Source: Terricaulis sp. (GTDB taxonomy: Bacteria > Pseudomonadota > Alphaproteobacteria > Caulobacterales > Aquidulcibacteraceae). From it: DNA of 64,000 nucleotides. The notes beneath the pieces were generated by a model that searched no databases, had not been told where the DNA came from, and worked only from the letters and a program-made list of their open reading frames with translations. Made by a program: the position numbers and the translations under genes. The stretch covers positions 1,474 through 65,473 of the forward strand of contig JBGAKS010000020.1 in NCBI GenBank assembly GCA_044224285.1, given 5' to 3'. Position 1 is the first letter of the stretch. Each line of letters opens with the position of its first letter. Of this stretch, positions 10,471 through 19,166 are shown in pieces.

Positions 10471-10598
10471 GGGACGTTAGATGAGGTGCGCGGCGCCCCA
10501 TCCCAAGAGCGCCGACGTACAGCAAATTGCGGGTTCCACCGACGAATTCCCCCACTGAGCGTTCGTAACCCGCTCGGGGAGGCCCGGCCGCAGCAGCA

Positions 10599-10612
10599 TT
10601 GATCTGGATCAA
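10599..10612. promoter_or_regulatory. FixK/FNR-type box TTGATCTGGATCAA (perfect)
   Basis: Perfect TTGAT-N4-ATCAA palindrome, 42 nt upstream of the ATG at 10654. Confidence 0.7.
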
Positions 10613-10653
10613 TGTTGGCCGCCGCGTGATCCTCAATCTGCCGCAGGGATATC

Positions 10654-11382
10654 ATGCGGTTTACGATTTCAGCCCGAGGCAAGCCCGATGGAACGCCTAT
10701 CCTGGCGTTCCTGGCGCGCAATTACGCGACGGTGGCGATTGCCGACATCGATAGCGTGTTCGGATTCGTCGAGCGAACGCCGCTTTATGGCGGGCGCGTA
10801 TTCGTCAAACCGGAACTTACGCCGCACGACGTCGGTGAAATGTACTACGCAAACATCGGCGTAAGGCTGCCGCTGACGAACCATTACGTCACCGAGGCCG
10901 AGTACGAGGAAACAGCGCCGCTGCTTCAAAAGTACCACCGCGACGGCAACGCGGCGATCGTGACCAATGACGAGTTGGCGAAGTGGATACGCCGTGATTT
11001 CCCGAAGTATCGGATCGAAGCCAGCGTCATCAAGAACCTGAACAGCTACGCACGCGTGGGCGCGGCGCTCGATCTCTACGATACCGTGGTGCTGCCGATG
11101 GAACTGAATGGCGATACCGCCTTCATATCCGGCCTACCGAACAAGGAGCGCATCACGCTGTTCGCGAACGCTGGTTGCGCGCTCACGTGCCCGTCGAAAA
11201 TCTGTTATGTCTCGATCTCGAAGTATAACAAGACGGGCGACGGTGAGTTCAAGTGCTCGCAACCGCTGAAACAGCGCGATATGCTCGGCATGATCGATTT
11301 TGATCTCGATGCGCTGCAGGCGTTGGGATTCGAGCGGTTCAAGCTGCTACGCTCACGCCCGGGCGGGCAAACCGGCTATTAG
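10654..11382 (+). CDS. hypothetical protein, possible remote peptidase-U32-family (UbiU/UbiV/RlhA-type) Cys-cluster protein
   Basis: 242 aa. By eye it resembles U32 blocks: NAAIVTNDELAKWIRRDFPKYRIEASV (cf. VIVxDxGxxxxxRExxPxxxIHAS), YDTVVLPMEL, and the Cys-rich segment LFANAGCALTCPSKICYVS...FKCS (cf. the U32 signature F-x2-G-[SA]-[LIVM]-C-x4-G-x-C-x-[LIVM]-S). Family call not verified. Confidence 0.35.
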   Translation: MRFTISARGKPDGTPILAFLARNYATVAIADIDSVFGFVERTPLYGGRVFVKPELTPHDVGEMYYANIGVRLPLTNHYVTEAEYEETAPLLQKYHRDGNAAIVTNDELAKWIRRDFPKYRIEASVIKNLNSYARVGAALDLYDTVVLPMELNGDTAFISGLPNKERITLFANAGCALTCPSKICYVSISKYNKTGDGEFKCSQPLKQRDMLGMIDFDLDALQALGFERFKLLRSRPGGQTGY

Positions 11383-11416
11383 CGCCGCGGAGCGGCGCGC
11401 GGCGAGGAGGCCAGCG

Positions 11417-11827
11417 ATGCCAGACTACGACCCAACGGTACGGACTCGCACATTGGCGCGCATTGTCGGGCCTTATTTGCTCATCGTCGCCCTCGCGCTC
11501 TATCTCAGGCTCGCCACGTTGGCGACGTTCTTCACCAGCTTCATGCAAGACGAAGGGCTCGTGTTCGTCGCGGGCGCTTTCACGCTGATGATAGGGCTGA
11601 CAGTGCTGGTGGCGCACCATCACTGGAGCAGTATCAGCGCCGGCGTCATCTCGCTCATCGGAATTCTCGCCACCGTGAAGGGCGCCGCGCTTATCATCGC
11701 GCCGCAGTTCGGATCGCAATTGACGGCCGACATCGTCGAAACGCAAACGATTATGCTGGGCGCGATTGCGTTCGAAGCGATCATGGGCTTGTGGCTTACC
11801 TTCGTGGGTTGGCGCCCGCGCGGCTAA
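11417..11827 (+). CDS. hypothetical 4-TM membrane protein
   Basis: ATG 11417 preceded by GAGGAGG. MPDYDPTVRTRTLARIVGPYLLIVALALYL..., about four hydrophobic helices. Lies 35 nt after the previous gene, so probably co-transcribed. Confidence 0.6.
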   Translation: MPDYDPTVRTRTLARIVGPYLLIVALALYLRLATLATFFTSFMQDEGLVFVAGAFTLMIGLTVLVAHHHWSSISAGVISLIGILATVKGAALIIAPQFGSQLTADIVETQTIMLGAIAFEAIMGLWLTFVGWRPRG

Positions 11828-11851
11828 GCGAAGATCGGGGGCGCTGACGCG

Positions 11852-12355
11852 TCAGCTGCCTGAAAGCAAGCGCGCCAGGTTCGACGACACCGGCTCCAAC
11901 GTCGCCAGCAAAACGATCACCACCGCGACAAAGAAGGGCAGGACGCTCATCGTCCGCCAGAAGGCCTCGGTGTGGCGCCGTTCGCCTGCCGCGAGGCGGC
12001 GCCCCGCCAAGACAAGCATGCCATGATAAGCGCTGAGGCCGAGCACCAAACCAAGCTTCGCCCAGAACCAAGCCGGCACGGAAGCCAACCGTTCCAGCGG
12101 CGCATCCCAATCGGACGCGAAATAGGCGAAGAACAGAAAGATGCCGAACGACCAAGCGAGCAGCATGGATGGCACGAGTATGAGCGTGCGAATCTGCTGC
12201 ACCGATCGCAACAGCGCATCGTTGGCGCGATCGTCGGCCGGCAGCGCCGTGATGCTCGCATAGAAGCGCGGCAGCATCAGCATTCCTGAAACCCATGCGA
12301 TGACCGCGATGATGTGCAGGCCGCGCGCCAAATCGTAAGAGATGAGATGTTGCAT
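11852..12355 (-). CDS. HemJ/UPF0093-family membrane protein (protoporphyrinogen oxidase HemJ-like)
   Basis: From ATG 12355: MQHLISYDLARGLHIIAVIAWVSGMLMLPRFY..., later LGLSAYHGML and a C-terminal TM helix. This is the HemJ-like layout (HxxAVxxWxxGLxYLPRxF). The track ORF extends 16 codons further. Confidence 0.5.
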   Translation of the reverse strand: MQHLISYDLARGLHIIAVIAWVSGMLMLPRFYASITALPADDRANDALLRSVQQIRTLILVPSMLLAWSFGIFLFFAYFASDWDAPLERLASVPAWFWAKLGLVLGLSAYHGMLVLAGRRLAAGERRHTEAFWRTMSVLPFFVAVVIVLLATLEPVSSNLARLLSGS

Positions 12356-12406
12356 CGTGTGCTCAACGCTGTTTGCCGCACAGTGCAACGTTCGTCGACG
12401 CAACGC

Positions 12407-12420
12407 TTGATTCAGATCAA
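12407..12420. promoter_or_regulatory. FixK/FNR-type box TTGATTCAGATCAA (perfect)
   Basis: Perfect palindrome in the divergent intergenic region. It is 52 nt from the HemJ-like start (minus) and 143 nt from the ompW start (plus). Confidence 0.7.
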
Positions 12421-12562
12421 CTCACACACGCGATTGGGGTGTTAACGCCGCGCCAGCCGCGACCGTTTGTCTTTCACAAACGGCGTCCCGTTTGATCCGC
12501 CTCAAACTCACGCAACTGCGTGGGTGCGACTCTGCTCGCGTGCAAATCTTAGGGGCACTAAC

Positions 12563-13168
12563 ATGAGCAAATTTGGAGCTGCAGCGGTTGCTGCGTTCGC
12601 GGCGTTCGCCTTGGCGCAACCTGCGCAAGCGAGCGTGTTGGATGGATTTCAAGTGAAATTCGGCGTGTCCGGCGTTCTGCCGAACGAGAGCGGCGATCCC
12701 ATCGACGTCAGCATTTCAGACGAGGTGGTGCCGAGTCTGCAGATCGAATATTTCTTCAACGATCACGTCTCGGCGGAGCTGCTGTGCTGCGTGGCGACCC
12801 ATGACGTGACCGCCGCCAACGGCGCAGTCGATCTTGGCGAAGTCACCCACTTCCCGCCGACGGTTACGCTCAAGTATCGCTGGACGGATTTCGGTCAGTT
12901 CGAGCCTTATGTCGGCGCTGGCGTAAACTTCACTTCGTTCATCGACAGCGAGCCGCCGACTGGCCGTCACGTGGACTACGATTCATCGATTGGTCCGGCG
13001 TTGCAGGCTGGTGTGGATTACCGGCTCAACGAGCACTGGGGCGTGAACTTCGATGTGCGCCGCATTTGGATCAACACTGACGTGACGATCTCGGGCGACA
13101 TCAACGCGACCGATGAAGTCGACATCAATCCGTGGGTTGTCTCGACCTCGATCGCTTATCGTTTCTGA
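12563..13168 (+). CDS. ompW: OmpW-family outer-membrane protein
   Basis: Signal peptide MSKFGAAAVAAFAAFALAQPAQA. 8-strand barrel motifs (EYFFNDHVSAELL, PYVGAGVNFT, NPWVVSTSIAYRF). Confidence 0.85.
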   Translation: MSKFGAAAVAAFAAFALAQPAQASVLDGFQVKFGVSGVLPNESGDPIDVSISDEVVPSLQIEYFFNDHVSAELLCCVATHDVTAANGAVDLGEVTHFPPTVTLKYRWTDFGQFEPYVGAGVNFTSFIDSEPPTGRHVDYDSSIGPALQAGVDYRLNEHWGVNFDVRRIWINTDVTISGDINATDEVDINPWVVSTSIAYRF

Positions 13169-13192
13169 GTTCGGGCAAACGAACTTCCTGCT

Positions 13193-13226
13193 GGCGGGCG
13201 CTGAAAGGCGCTCGCCTCTTTTTTTG
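13193..13226 (+). terminator. rho-independent terminator after ompW
   Basis: Stem GGCGGGCGC / GCGCTCGCC with loop TGAAA, followed by TCTTTTTTT. Confidence 0.8.
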
Positions 13227-13256
13227 TCGCGATGAGTGTAGGGCGACTAGCTGGGG

Positions 13257-13526
13257 TTAGTCGCGAACAGAGGCGCGCACCGGTTCGCGGCGGGCGTTTG
13301 TCAGGAGGATGGATAGGCCCGCCGCTATCAGCATGGCTGATCCCGCCCAGCAGGGAGCGCAGTGACCAAGCAGCGCGGTGGCGTCGTGCAGCGGCAAACC
13401 GCAAATCGATTCGCGCGTCGCCCGTTCGAGCGGTGACATCGACGCTATCGTTAAAGTGCTGACAAGCGTCGGCCAAACGGCCGCGGCCGTGAAGCAAGAA
13501 AAAGAAGCAAGAGCGCGGTGCGACAT
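13257..13526 (-). CDS. hypothetical small (89 aa) Cys-containing membrane protein
   Basis: ATG 13526 with GGAGA 5 nt upstream. MSHRALASFSCFTAAAVWPTLV...ICGLPLHDATALLGHCAPCWAGSAMLIAAGLSILL. It is the internal part of track ORF 13257..13754. The + strand alternative (13232..13462) is Arg-rich and unprotein-like. Confidence 0.45.
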   Translation of the reverse strand: MSHRALASFSCFTAAAVWPTLVSTLTIASMSPLERATRESICGLPLHDATALLGHCAPCWAGSAMLIAAGLSILLTNARREPVRASVRD

Positions 13527-13569
13527 GAGGTCTCCGGACGCGCTTATGCCAAAGGTCGAAGCCCTGAAT

Positions 13570-13583
13570 TTGATCTGACGCAA
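13570..13583. promoter_or_regulatory. FixK/FNR-type box TTGATCTGACGCAA (one good half-site)
   Basis: Lies 74 nt upstream of the ccoN ATG and 44 nt upstream of the divergent small gene. This is the classical position for FixK control of ccoNOQP. Confidence 0.55.
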
Positions 13584-13656
13584 ATTGCGCACGCGCGAGC
13601 GCTGATACCCGACCACCGATGACGGCAGGGCGAGCCGTCGGCGGAGTATTGGGGCG

Positions 13657-15300
13657 ATGGTCCAACGTGGCGGATTTCGCGGAGACGCGAGTGTGATCCT
13701 GGTCATCCTGGTGGCGGGAGCATTTCTCTCCCTGCTCGGAATTTCGCGCGCCATCGACGCGCCGTTCGCCGTTCAGATGTGGACGATGTTCGCGGCGTTC
13801 ATCTTGGGGATTGCTGCTCTGAGCTGGGAAGTCGGCAAAGGTCCGCGTCAGGATCAATCGTCTCGTTATGAAAACGGCGTTGTCAAAGCCGGCGTCATCG
13901 CGTCGATGTTCTGGGGCGTTGCCGGGCTGCTTGTCGGCCTCATCATCGCGCTGCAGCTCGCCTTTCCGAACATCTTCTACTTTTCCGATTTTGGCTGGAC
14001 CAATTTCGGCCGCCTCCGGCCGCTGCACACTTCGGCGGTCATCTTCGCGTTCGGCGGCAACGTCCTCATAGCCACTTCGTTCTATGTCGTTCAGCGCACC
14101 TGCCGTGCGCGGCTCGCGGGCGGCCTTTGGCCCTGGTTCGTGTTCTGGGGCTATCAACTCTTCATCGCGCTGGCGGGCACCGGCTATCTCATGGGCATCA
14201 CCGAGGGCCGCGAGTACGCCGAGCCGCCGTGGTACACCGATCTTTGGCTGACGCTTGTCTGGGTCGTTTATCTGCTCGTCTTCCTTGGCACGATCTGGAA
14301 GCGCCAAGAAAAGCACATCTACGTCGCGAATTGGTTCTACCTGGCGTTCATCGTCACCATCGCGATGCTGCACATCGTCAACAATCTGGCGATCCCGGTC
14401 AGCTTCGCCGGTCACTTCAGCTACTCGCTGTTTGCCGGCGTCCAGGATGCGCTGACGCAATGGTGGTACGGCCACAACGCGGTGGGCTTCTTCCTCACTG
14501 CTGGCTTCCTGGCCATCATGTACTACTTCATTCCGAAGCAGGCGAACCGGCCGGTCTATTCCTATCGCTTGTCGATCATCCACTTCTGGGCGCTGATCTT
14601 CCTCTACATCTGGGCGGGTCCGCACCATCTGCACTATACGGCGTTGCCGCAATGGGCGCAGACGCTGGGCGCGACGTTCTCGATCATGCTGTGGATGCCG
14701 TCATGGGGCGGTATGATCAACGGCCTGATGACGCTCTCGGGCGCCTGGGACAAGCTGCGCACCGATCCGGTGCTGCGCATGCTCGTGGTCTCCGTCGCAT
14801 TCTACGGCATGTCGACCTTCGAAGGTCCGATGATGTCGATCCGCGCGGTGAACTCGCTTTCGCACTATACCGATTGGACGATCGGCCACGTGCACTCAGG
14901 CGCGTTGGGCTGGGTCGGTTTCGTGAGCTTCGGCGCGCTCTATTGCCTGACGCCATGGCTGTGGCGGAAGCAAAAGCTGCATTCGCTCGCGCTCGTCGAT
15001 TGGCACTTCTGGCTCGCGACGATCGGCATCGTTCTTTACATCACCTCGATGTGGGTTGCCGGCGTCATGCAGGGTCTGATGTGGCGCGCGTATAACGAGT
15101 TCGGCTTCCTCGAATACTCGTTCGTCGAGACGGTCGAGGCGATGCATCCCTACTACATCATCCGGGCCATGGGCGGCGGTCTCTATCTCGCGGGCGCGTT
15201 GATCATGGTCTACAATCTGTGGCGCACAGCCACCTCAAATGAACCAGCGCATGAGCGCGTAAGCGACGCGCCGGCTGCAGCCGCCGTGCCGGCGGAATAG
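13657..15300 (+). CDS. ccoN: cbb3-type cytochrome c oxidase subunit I
   Basis: 547-aa polytopic haem-copper oxidase with conserved His ligands ([33 protein letters not shown]). Confidence 0.95.
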   Translation: MVQRGGFRGDASVILVILVAGAFLSLLGISRAIDAPFAVQMWTMFAAFILGIAALSWEVGKGPRQDQSSRYENGVVKAGVIASMFWGVAGLLVGLIIALQLAFPNIFYFSDFGWTNFGRLRPLHTSAVIFAFGGNVLIATSFYVVQRTCRARLAGGLWPWFVFWGYQLFIALAGTGYLMGITEGREYAEPPWYTDLWLTLVWVVYLLVFLGTIWKRQEKHIYVANWFYLAFIVTIAMLHIVNNLAIPVSFAGHFSYSLFAGVQDALTQWWYGHNAVGFFLTAGFLAIMYYFIPKQANRPVYSYRLSIIHFWALIFLYIWAGPHHLHYTALPQWAQTLGATFSIMLWMPSWGGMINGLMTLSGAWDKLRTDPVLRMLVVSVAFYGMSTFEGPMMSIRAVNSLSHYTDWTIGHVHSGALGWVGFVSFGALYCLTPWLWRKQKLHSLALVDWHFWLATIGIVLYITSMWVAGVMQGLMWRAYNEFGFLEYSFVETVEAMHPYYIIRAMGGGLYLAGALIMVYNLWRTATSNEPAHERVSDAPAAAAVPAE

Positions 15301-15311
15301 GGGGCGCTCTC

Positions 15312-16046
15312 ATGTGGAACTTTCACAAATGGTTCGAGCGTCACTCGCTGATCCTCATCATTGGCATCCTGGTTGTCGTGTCGATCGGCGGTCTCGTTCA
15401 AATTACGCCGCTCTTCTTTATCGAATCGACGATCGAGCGCGTTGAGGGGGTGCGTCCCTATACGCCGCTCGAACTCGCCGGCCGGGAAATCTACGTGCGT
15501 GAAGGCTGCTATGTCTGCCACTCGCAGATGATCCGGCCGCTGCGTGACGAGGTTGAGCGTTACGGCCACTACTCTTTGGCTGCCGAGAGCATGTACGACC
15601 ACCCGTTCCAGTGGGGGTCCAAGCGCACCGGGCCGGACCTTGCGCGCGTCGGCAACCGCTATTCCGACGAATGGCACCGGGCGCACTTGGTCGATCCTCG
15701 CTCGGTGGTGCCGGAATCGGTCATGCCTCCGTACGCGTTCCTGGAACGGCGCGATCTCGACATGTCGCACATGGATGCACACTTGAGCGCGAACCGCTTG
15801 CTGCGCGTGCCGTATACGGACGAGCAATTGGCGAACGCCAATGCCGATGCGAGAGCGCAAGCTGAGCCTTTGGCGTCGAATGCGTACGACTTCGAACAAC
15901 GCTATCCTGGCGCCGCTATCCGCGACTTCGACGGCCAACCCGATCGCGTGACCGAAATGGATGCGCTGATCGCCTATCTGCAAATGCTGGGCGCGGGCGT
16001 CGATTTCTCGACCTATCACGCCGACGAATCGGACAATTCGCGGTGA
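15312..16046 (+). CDS. ccoO: cbb3-type cytochrome c oxidase subunit II (monohaem)
   Basis: N-terminal TM helix and a single CYVCH haem c motif. Follows ccoN. Confidence 0.95.
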   Translation: MWNFHKWFERHSLILIIGILVVVSIGGLVQITPLFFIESTIERVEGVRPYTPLELAGREIYVREGCYVCHSQMIRPLRDEVERYGHYSLAAESMYDHPFQWGSKRTGPDLARVGNRYSDEWHRAHLVDPRSVVPESVMPPYAFLERRDLDMSHMDAHLSANRLLRVPYTDEQLANANADARAQAEPLASNAYDFEQRYPGAAIRDFDGQPDRVTEMDALIAYLQMLGAGVDFSTYHADESDNSR

Positions 16047-16053
16047 TATCCAG

Positions 16054-16224
16054 ATGACCTACGAAGCCGCGACACACTTCGCGCAGACCTGGGGCATGGC
16101 GCTTCTCTTCATCCTGTTCGTTGGGGTGGTGATCTACGCCTTCTGGCCCGGCAACCGCGACAAGTTCAAAGAAGCTGCAAATACACCTCTCGCTGACGAG
16201 GACGACGATGACCGAAAAAACTGA
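16054..16224 (+). CDS. ccoQ: cbb3-type oxidase small subunit CcoQ (56 aa)
   Basis: Own translation: MTYEAATHFAQTWGMALLFILFVGVVIYAFWPGNRDKFKEAANTPLADEDDDDRKN. Single TM helix with a CcoQ-like FWPGNR motif. Overlaps the ccoP start. Confidence 0.8.
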   Translation: MTYEAATHFAQTWGMALLFILFVGVVIYAFWPGNRDKFKEAANTPLADEDDDDRKN

Positions 16225-17176
16225 GCGCGACCACGTCAGCGGCACCGAGACCACAGGTCACGAATGGGACGGCATCAAGGAACTTGATACGCCGTTGCCG
16301 CGCTGGTGGCTCTATATCTTCTACGCCAGTATCGTCGCGGCGGTGATCTACTGGGTGCTGATGCCGGCCTGGCCGATGGTCAACGGCTATACCCATGGCG
16401 TGTTGAACTGGTCGGATCGCCGTAACGTGGCGGCTGAGGTGCAGACGCTTGAGGCGTCGCGAGCGCCGATGTTCGCGCGTCTCGCGAGCGCCAGCACCGC
16501 CGATCTCGCGCGCGATCCGGAACTGCAAGAGTTCGCGCGCGCTGCGGGTGAGTCGGCCTTCGGCGACAATTGCCAGACTTGTCACGGCGCGGGCGGCGCC
16601 GGCGCCCCCGGTTATCCCGTGTTGGCGGACGACGTGTGGCTGTGGGGCGGCTCACTCGATGAGATCGAGCACACCATTCGAGTCGGCATCCGCTCGGGTC
16701 ACCCCGATGCGCGGATGTCGCAGATGCCGGCGTTCGGGCGCGATCACATGCTGAGCGCGGCTCAAATCGGCGACGTCACGGAATACGTGATCTCGCTGTC
16801 CGCGGCGCGCGACCGCTTGCATCCGAATGCACAATCGGCCGCCCGCGGGGCGCAAATTTATCTGGAGCAATGCGCGGTTTGCCACAGCGCGACGGGGGCG
16901 GGCGACCGCACTGTCGGCGCGCCCAGCCTGGTCGACGATGTCTGGCTCTATGGCGGCTCCCGCGAGGAAATCCGCCGTCAGGTCGAACTCGGACGCAATG
17001 GCGTGATGCCGACCTGGGAACGTCGCTTTGACGATGGCACCATCCGCGCGCTCGCGTACTACGTCCACCAAATGGGCGGCGGCGAGGCTGACCAAGCGGC
17101 GCTTGCGCCTGCGACATCGACGCCTGTGCTTGATCAGGATCAAGGCCAGCAATCAGGCGCGAATGTTACGCCCTGA
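16208..17176 (+). CDS. ccoP: cbb3-type oxidase subunit III (dihaem cytochrome c)
   Basis: GHEWDGIKELDTPLPRWW N-terminus and two CxxCH motifs (CQTCH, CAVCH). Confidence 0.95.
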   Translation: MTEKTERDHVSGTETTGHEWDGIKELDTPLPRWWLYIFYASIVAAVIYWVLMPAWPMVNGYTHGVLNWSDRRNVAAEVQTLEASRAPMFARLASASTADLARDPELQEFARAAGESAFGDNCQTCHGAGGAGAPGYPVLADDVWLWGGSLDEIEHTIRVGIRSGHPDARMSQMPAFGRDHMLSAAQIGDVTEYVISLSAARDRLHPNAQSAARGAQIYLEQCAVCHSATGAGDRTVGAPSLVDDVWLYGGSREEIRRQVELGRNGVMPTWERRFDDGTIRALAYYVHQMGGGEADQAALAPATSTPVLDQDQGQQSGANVTP

Positions 17177-17178
17177 GC

Positions 17179-18669
17179 GTGGCCAAGATTACTCTTATCG
17201 ATCGGCGCGGAAGCGACGACCAGCACGGCATTGAGGCTGAGGCTGTCAACTCAAAGGCAGCGCGGGAACTCTACACCAAGCGCCAGCAGATTTATCCCAA
17301 GCTGGCGCACGGGTTCTTTCGCAACCTCAAATGGGCGGCGATGGTCGTCCTGTTGGCGATCTACTACATCACGCCGTGGATAAGGTGGGATCGCGGGATC
17401 GATCGCCCAGATCAGGCGGTTCTGATCGACTTTGAAGGCCGCCGGTTCTTCTTCTTCTTCATCGAGCTCTGGCCCCAGGAAGTTTACTACATCGTCGGGC
17501 TGCTGGTGCTGGCGTCGTTCGGCATCTTCCTTTCCTCGGCGCTGTTTGGGCGCGTGTGGTGCGGCTACGCGTGCCCGCAGACGGTTTGGACCGATCTTTA
17601 CATTTACATCGAGCGCTGGATCGAGGGCGATCGCAATGAGCGCATGCGCTTGGCCAAGGCGCCGCTCTCGCTGGACAAGGCGCGCAAGAAGGTCGCCAAG
17701 CACACGCTTTGGCTGCTGATCGCCGCGGCGACCGGCGGCGCATGGGTGTTCTATTTTGGCGACGCGCCGACCCTGTTCCGCGAGATCTTCACGGGCCACG
17801 CCGATCCTTCCGTCTATCTATTTGTTGGGCTGCTGACCTTCACCACTTATGCTCTCGCGGGCACGATGCGCGAGCAGGTGTGCACGTATATGTGCCCATG
17901 GCCGCGCATTCAGGCGGCGATGACCGATCAGCATGCGCTTTCCGTCACCTATCGCGGCGACAGAGGCGAGCCGCGCGGGCCGCACAAGAAGGGCGAGAGC
18001 TGGGAAGGGCGCGGTGATTGTATCGATTGCCACCAGTGTGTGGCCGTTTGCCCGCAGGGCATCGATATCCGCGACGGCGATCAGCTCGAGTGCATAAATT
18101 GCGCGCTCTGTATCGATGCCTGCGATGAGATCATGGAAAAGGTCGGTAGGCCGAAGGGGCTTATCGCCTACGATACGCACGTTAACGTCGAGAAGCGCCA
18201 GCGCGGCGAACCGGCGAAGATTCACCTCGTTCGCTCTCGCACCGTGCTCTACGCCGTGCTGATGGTTTTGGTCGGTGCGATCATGACTTATGCATTGGCG
18301 ACCCGGTCGACGCTTGACCTCAACGTCATTCGCGATCGCAGTCCGCCTTTCGTGCGCCTGGCCGATGGCGGCATGCGCAACGACTACGCGTTGAAGCTGA
18401 TCAACATGGCGCCGCGCGTGCGCCGTGTGCGGATCACGGTGTCAGGCCTTGATGGCGCCCATTTGATCTCGAACGGCCACCAGGTCGATGCGAACGGTGC
18501 GATTGAGGTGGACACGCAAAGCGATGGAGTCGCGAATGTGCGCGTCCACGTCGCGGCGCCGTCGAACGTTGGCCCCGGCTCGCATCCCATGCGTTTCACG
18601 ATCACCGACACAGAAACAGGCGAACAGGCCGAGAGCGCGTCGGCCTTCTTCGCGGGAGCCGCACCATGA
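17179..18669 (+). CDS. ccoG: cbb3 oxidase assembly ferredoxin-like protein CcoG/FixG
   Basis: GTG start. TM helices plus two 4Fe-4S motifs (CIDCHQCVAVCP, CINCALCIDACD). Confidence 0.9.
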   Translation: MAKITLIDRRGSDDQHGIEAEAVNSKAARELYTKRQQIYPKLAHGFFRNLKWAAMVVLLAIYYITPWIRWDRGIDRPDQAVLIDFEGRRFFFFFIELWPQEVYYIVGLLVLASFGIFLSSALFGRVWCGYACPQTVWTDLYIYIERWIEGDRNERMRLAKAPLSLDKARKKVAKHTLWLLIAAATGGAWVFYFGDAPTLFREIFTGHADPSVYLFVGLLTFTTYALAGTMREQVCTYMCPWPRIQAAMTDQHALSVTYRGDRGEPRGPHKKGESWEGRGDCIDCHQCVAVCPQGIDIRDGDQLECINCALCIDACDEIMEKVGRPKGLIAYDTHVNVEKRQRGEPAKIHLVRSRTVLYAVLMVLVGAIMTYALATRSTLDLNVIRDRSPPFVRLADGGMRNDYALKLINMAPRVRRVRITVSGLDGAHLISNGHQVDANGAIEVDTQSDGVANVRVHVAAPSNVGPGSHPMRFTITDTETGEQAESASAFFAGAAP

Positions 18670-19166
18670 GCACCACGGCGACGTTCAGAATTCGCGGTTG
18701 GCACGTTCTCGCAACCTTGTTGCTGTTCTTCGCCGCGATCATTGCGATCAATATCGCCTTCGCGGTCGCCGCGGTGGAGACGTTTCCCGGCGAAGATGAG
18801 CGGCGCTCTTACACGCAAGGGCTGCACTACAATGACGTGCTCGCGGAGCGTCGTGCTCAAGCCGAGATGGGATGGCGGGCTCACGGCGCTCTGGCGCCGG
18901 CGTCCGATGGCGCCGAGCTTGTCGTGAGCCTGGTCGACCGCGAAGGCAGACCGATCGAAAACGCCGCGCTGAGCGGTGTGCTGCGCTGGCCGCCCAGCGA
19001 ATCAGGCGATCGGGCGCTTACGTTCGAATCGCAAGGCCAAGGGCGCTATGTCGCTCGCATCGGCGCGCTCAATGCGGGCCGTTGGGATCTGCGTGCCCGC
19101 GCGCAAGATCACGCGGGCCGCGCGCTTGATTTCGAAGCGGAGCTAACATGGCCCTCGACACGCTAG
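18666..19166 (+). CDS. ccoH: FixH/CcoH family protein
   Basis: 166 aa. RGWHVLATLLLFFAAIIAINIAFAVAA TM helix followed by a periplasmic domain. ATGA overlap with ccoG. Confidence 0.85.
   Translation: MSTTATFRIRGWHVLATLLLFFAAIIAINIAFAVAAVETFPGEDERRSYTQGLHYNDVLAERRAQAEMGWRAHGALAPASDGAELVVSLVDREGRPIENAALSGVLRWPPSESGDRALTFESQGQGRYVARIGALNAGRWDLRARAQDHAGRALDFEAELTWPSTR

Noticed and set aside
9322-10602. 426-aa plus-strand ORF
   Set aside because: It is antisense to the LysR regulator gene and has an Arg/Gly-rich, unprotein-like composition. It also spans the intergenic FNR box. This is a high-GC shadow ORF.
11838-11851. Palindrome GCTGACGCGTCAGC between convergent genes, considered as a terminator
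   Set aside because: The stem leaves essentially no loop, there is no T-tract, and it abuts the stop of the minus-strand gene. This is too weak to call.
13156-14652. 498-aa minus-strand ORF overlapping ompW's terminator region and ccoN
   Set aside because: It is antisense to the clearly genuine ccoN. Its translation is Arg/Asp/Glu/Pro-rich low-complexity sequence, typical of shadow ORFs in high-GC DNA. Only its 13257..13526 neighbourhood (in a different frame) looks like a real small gene.
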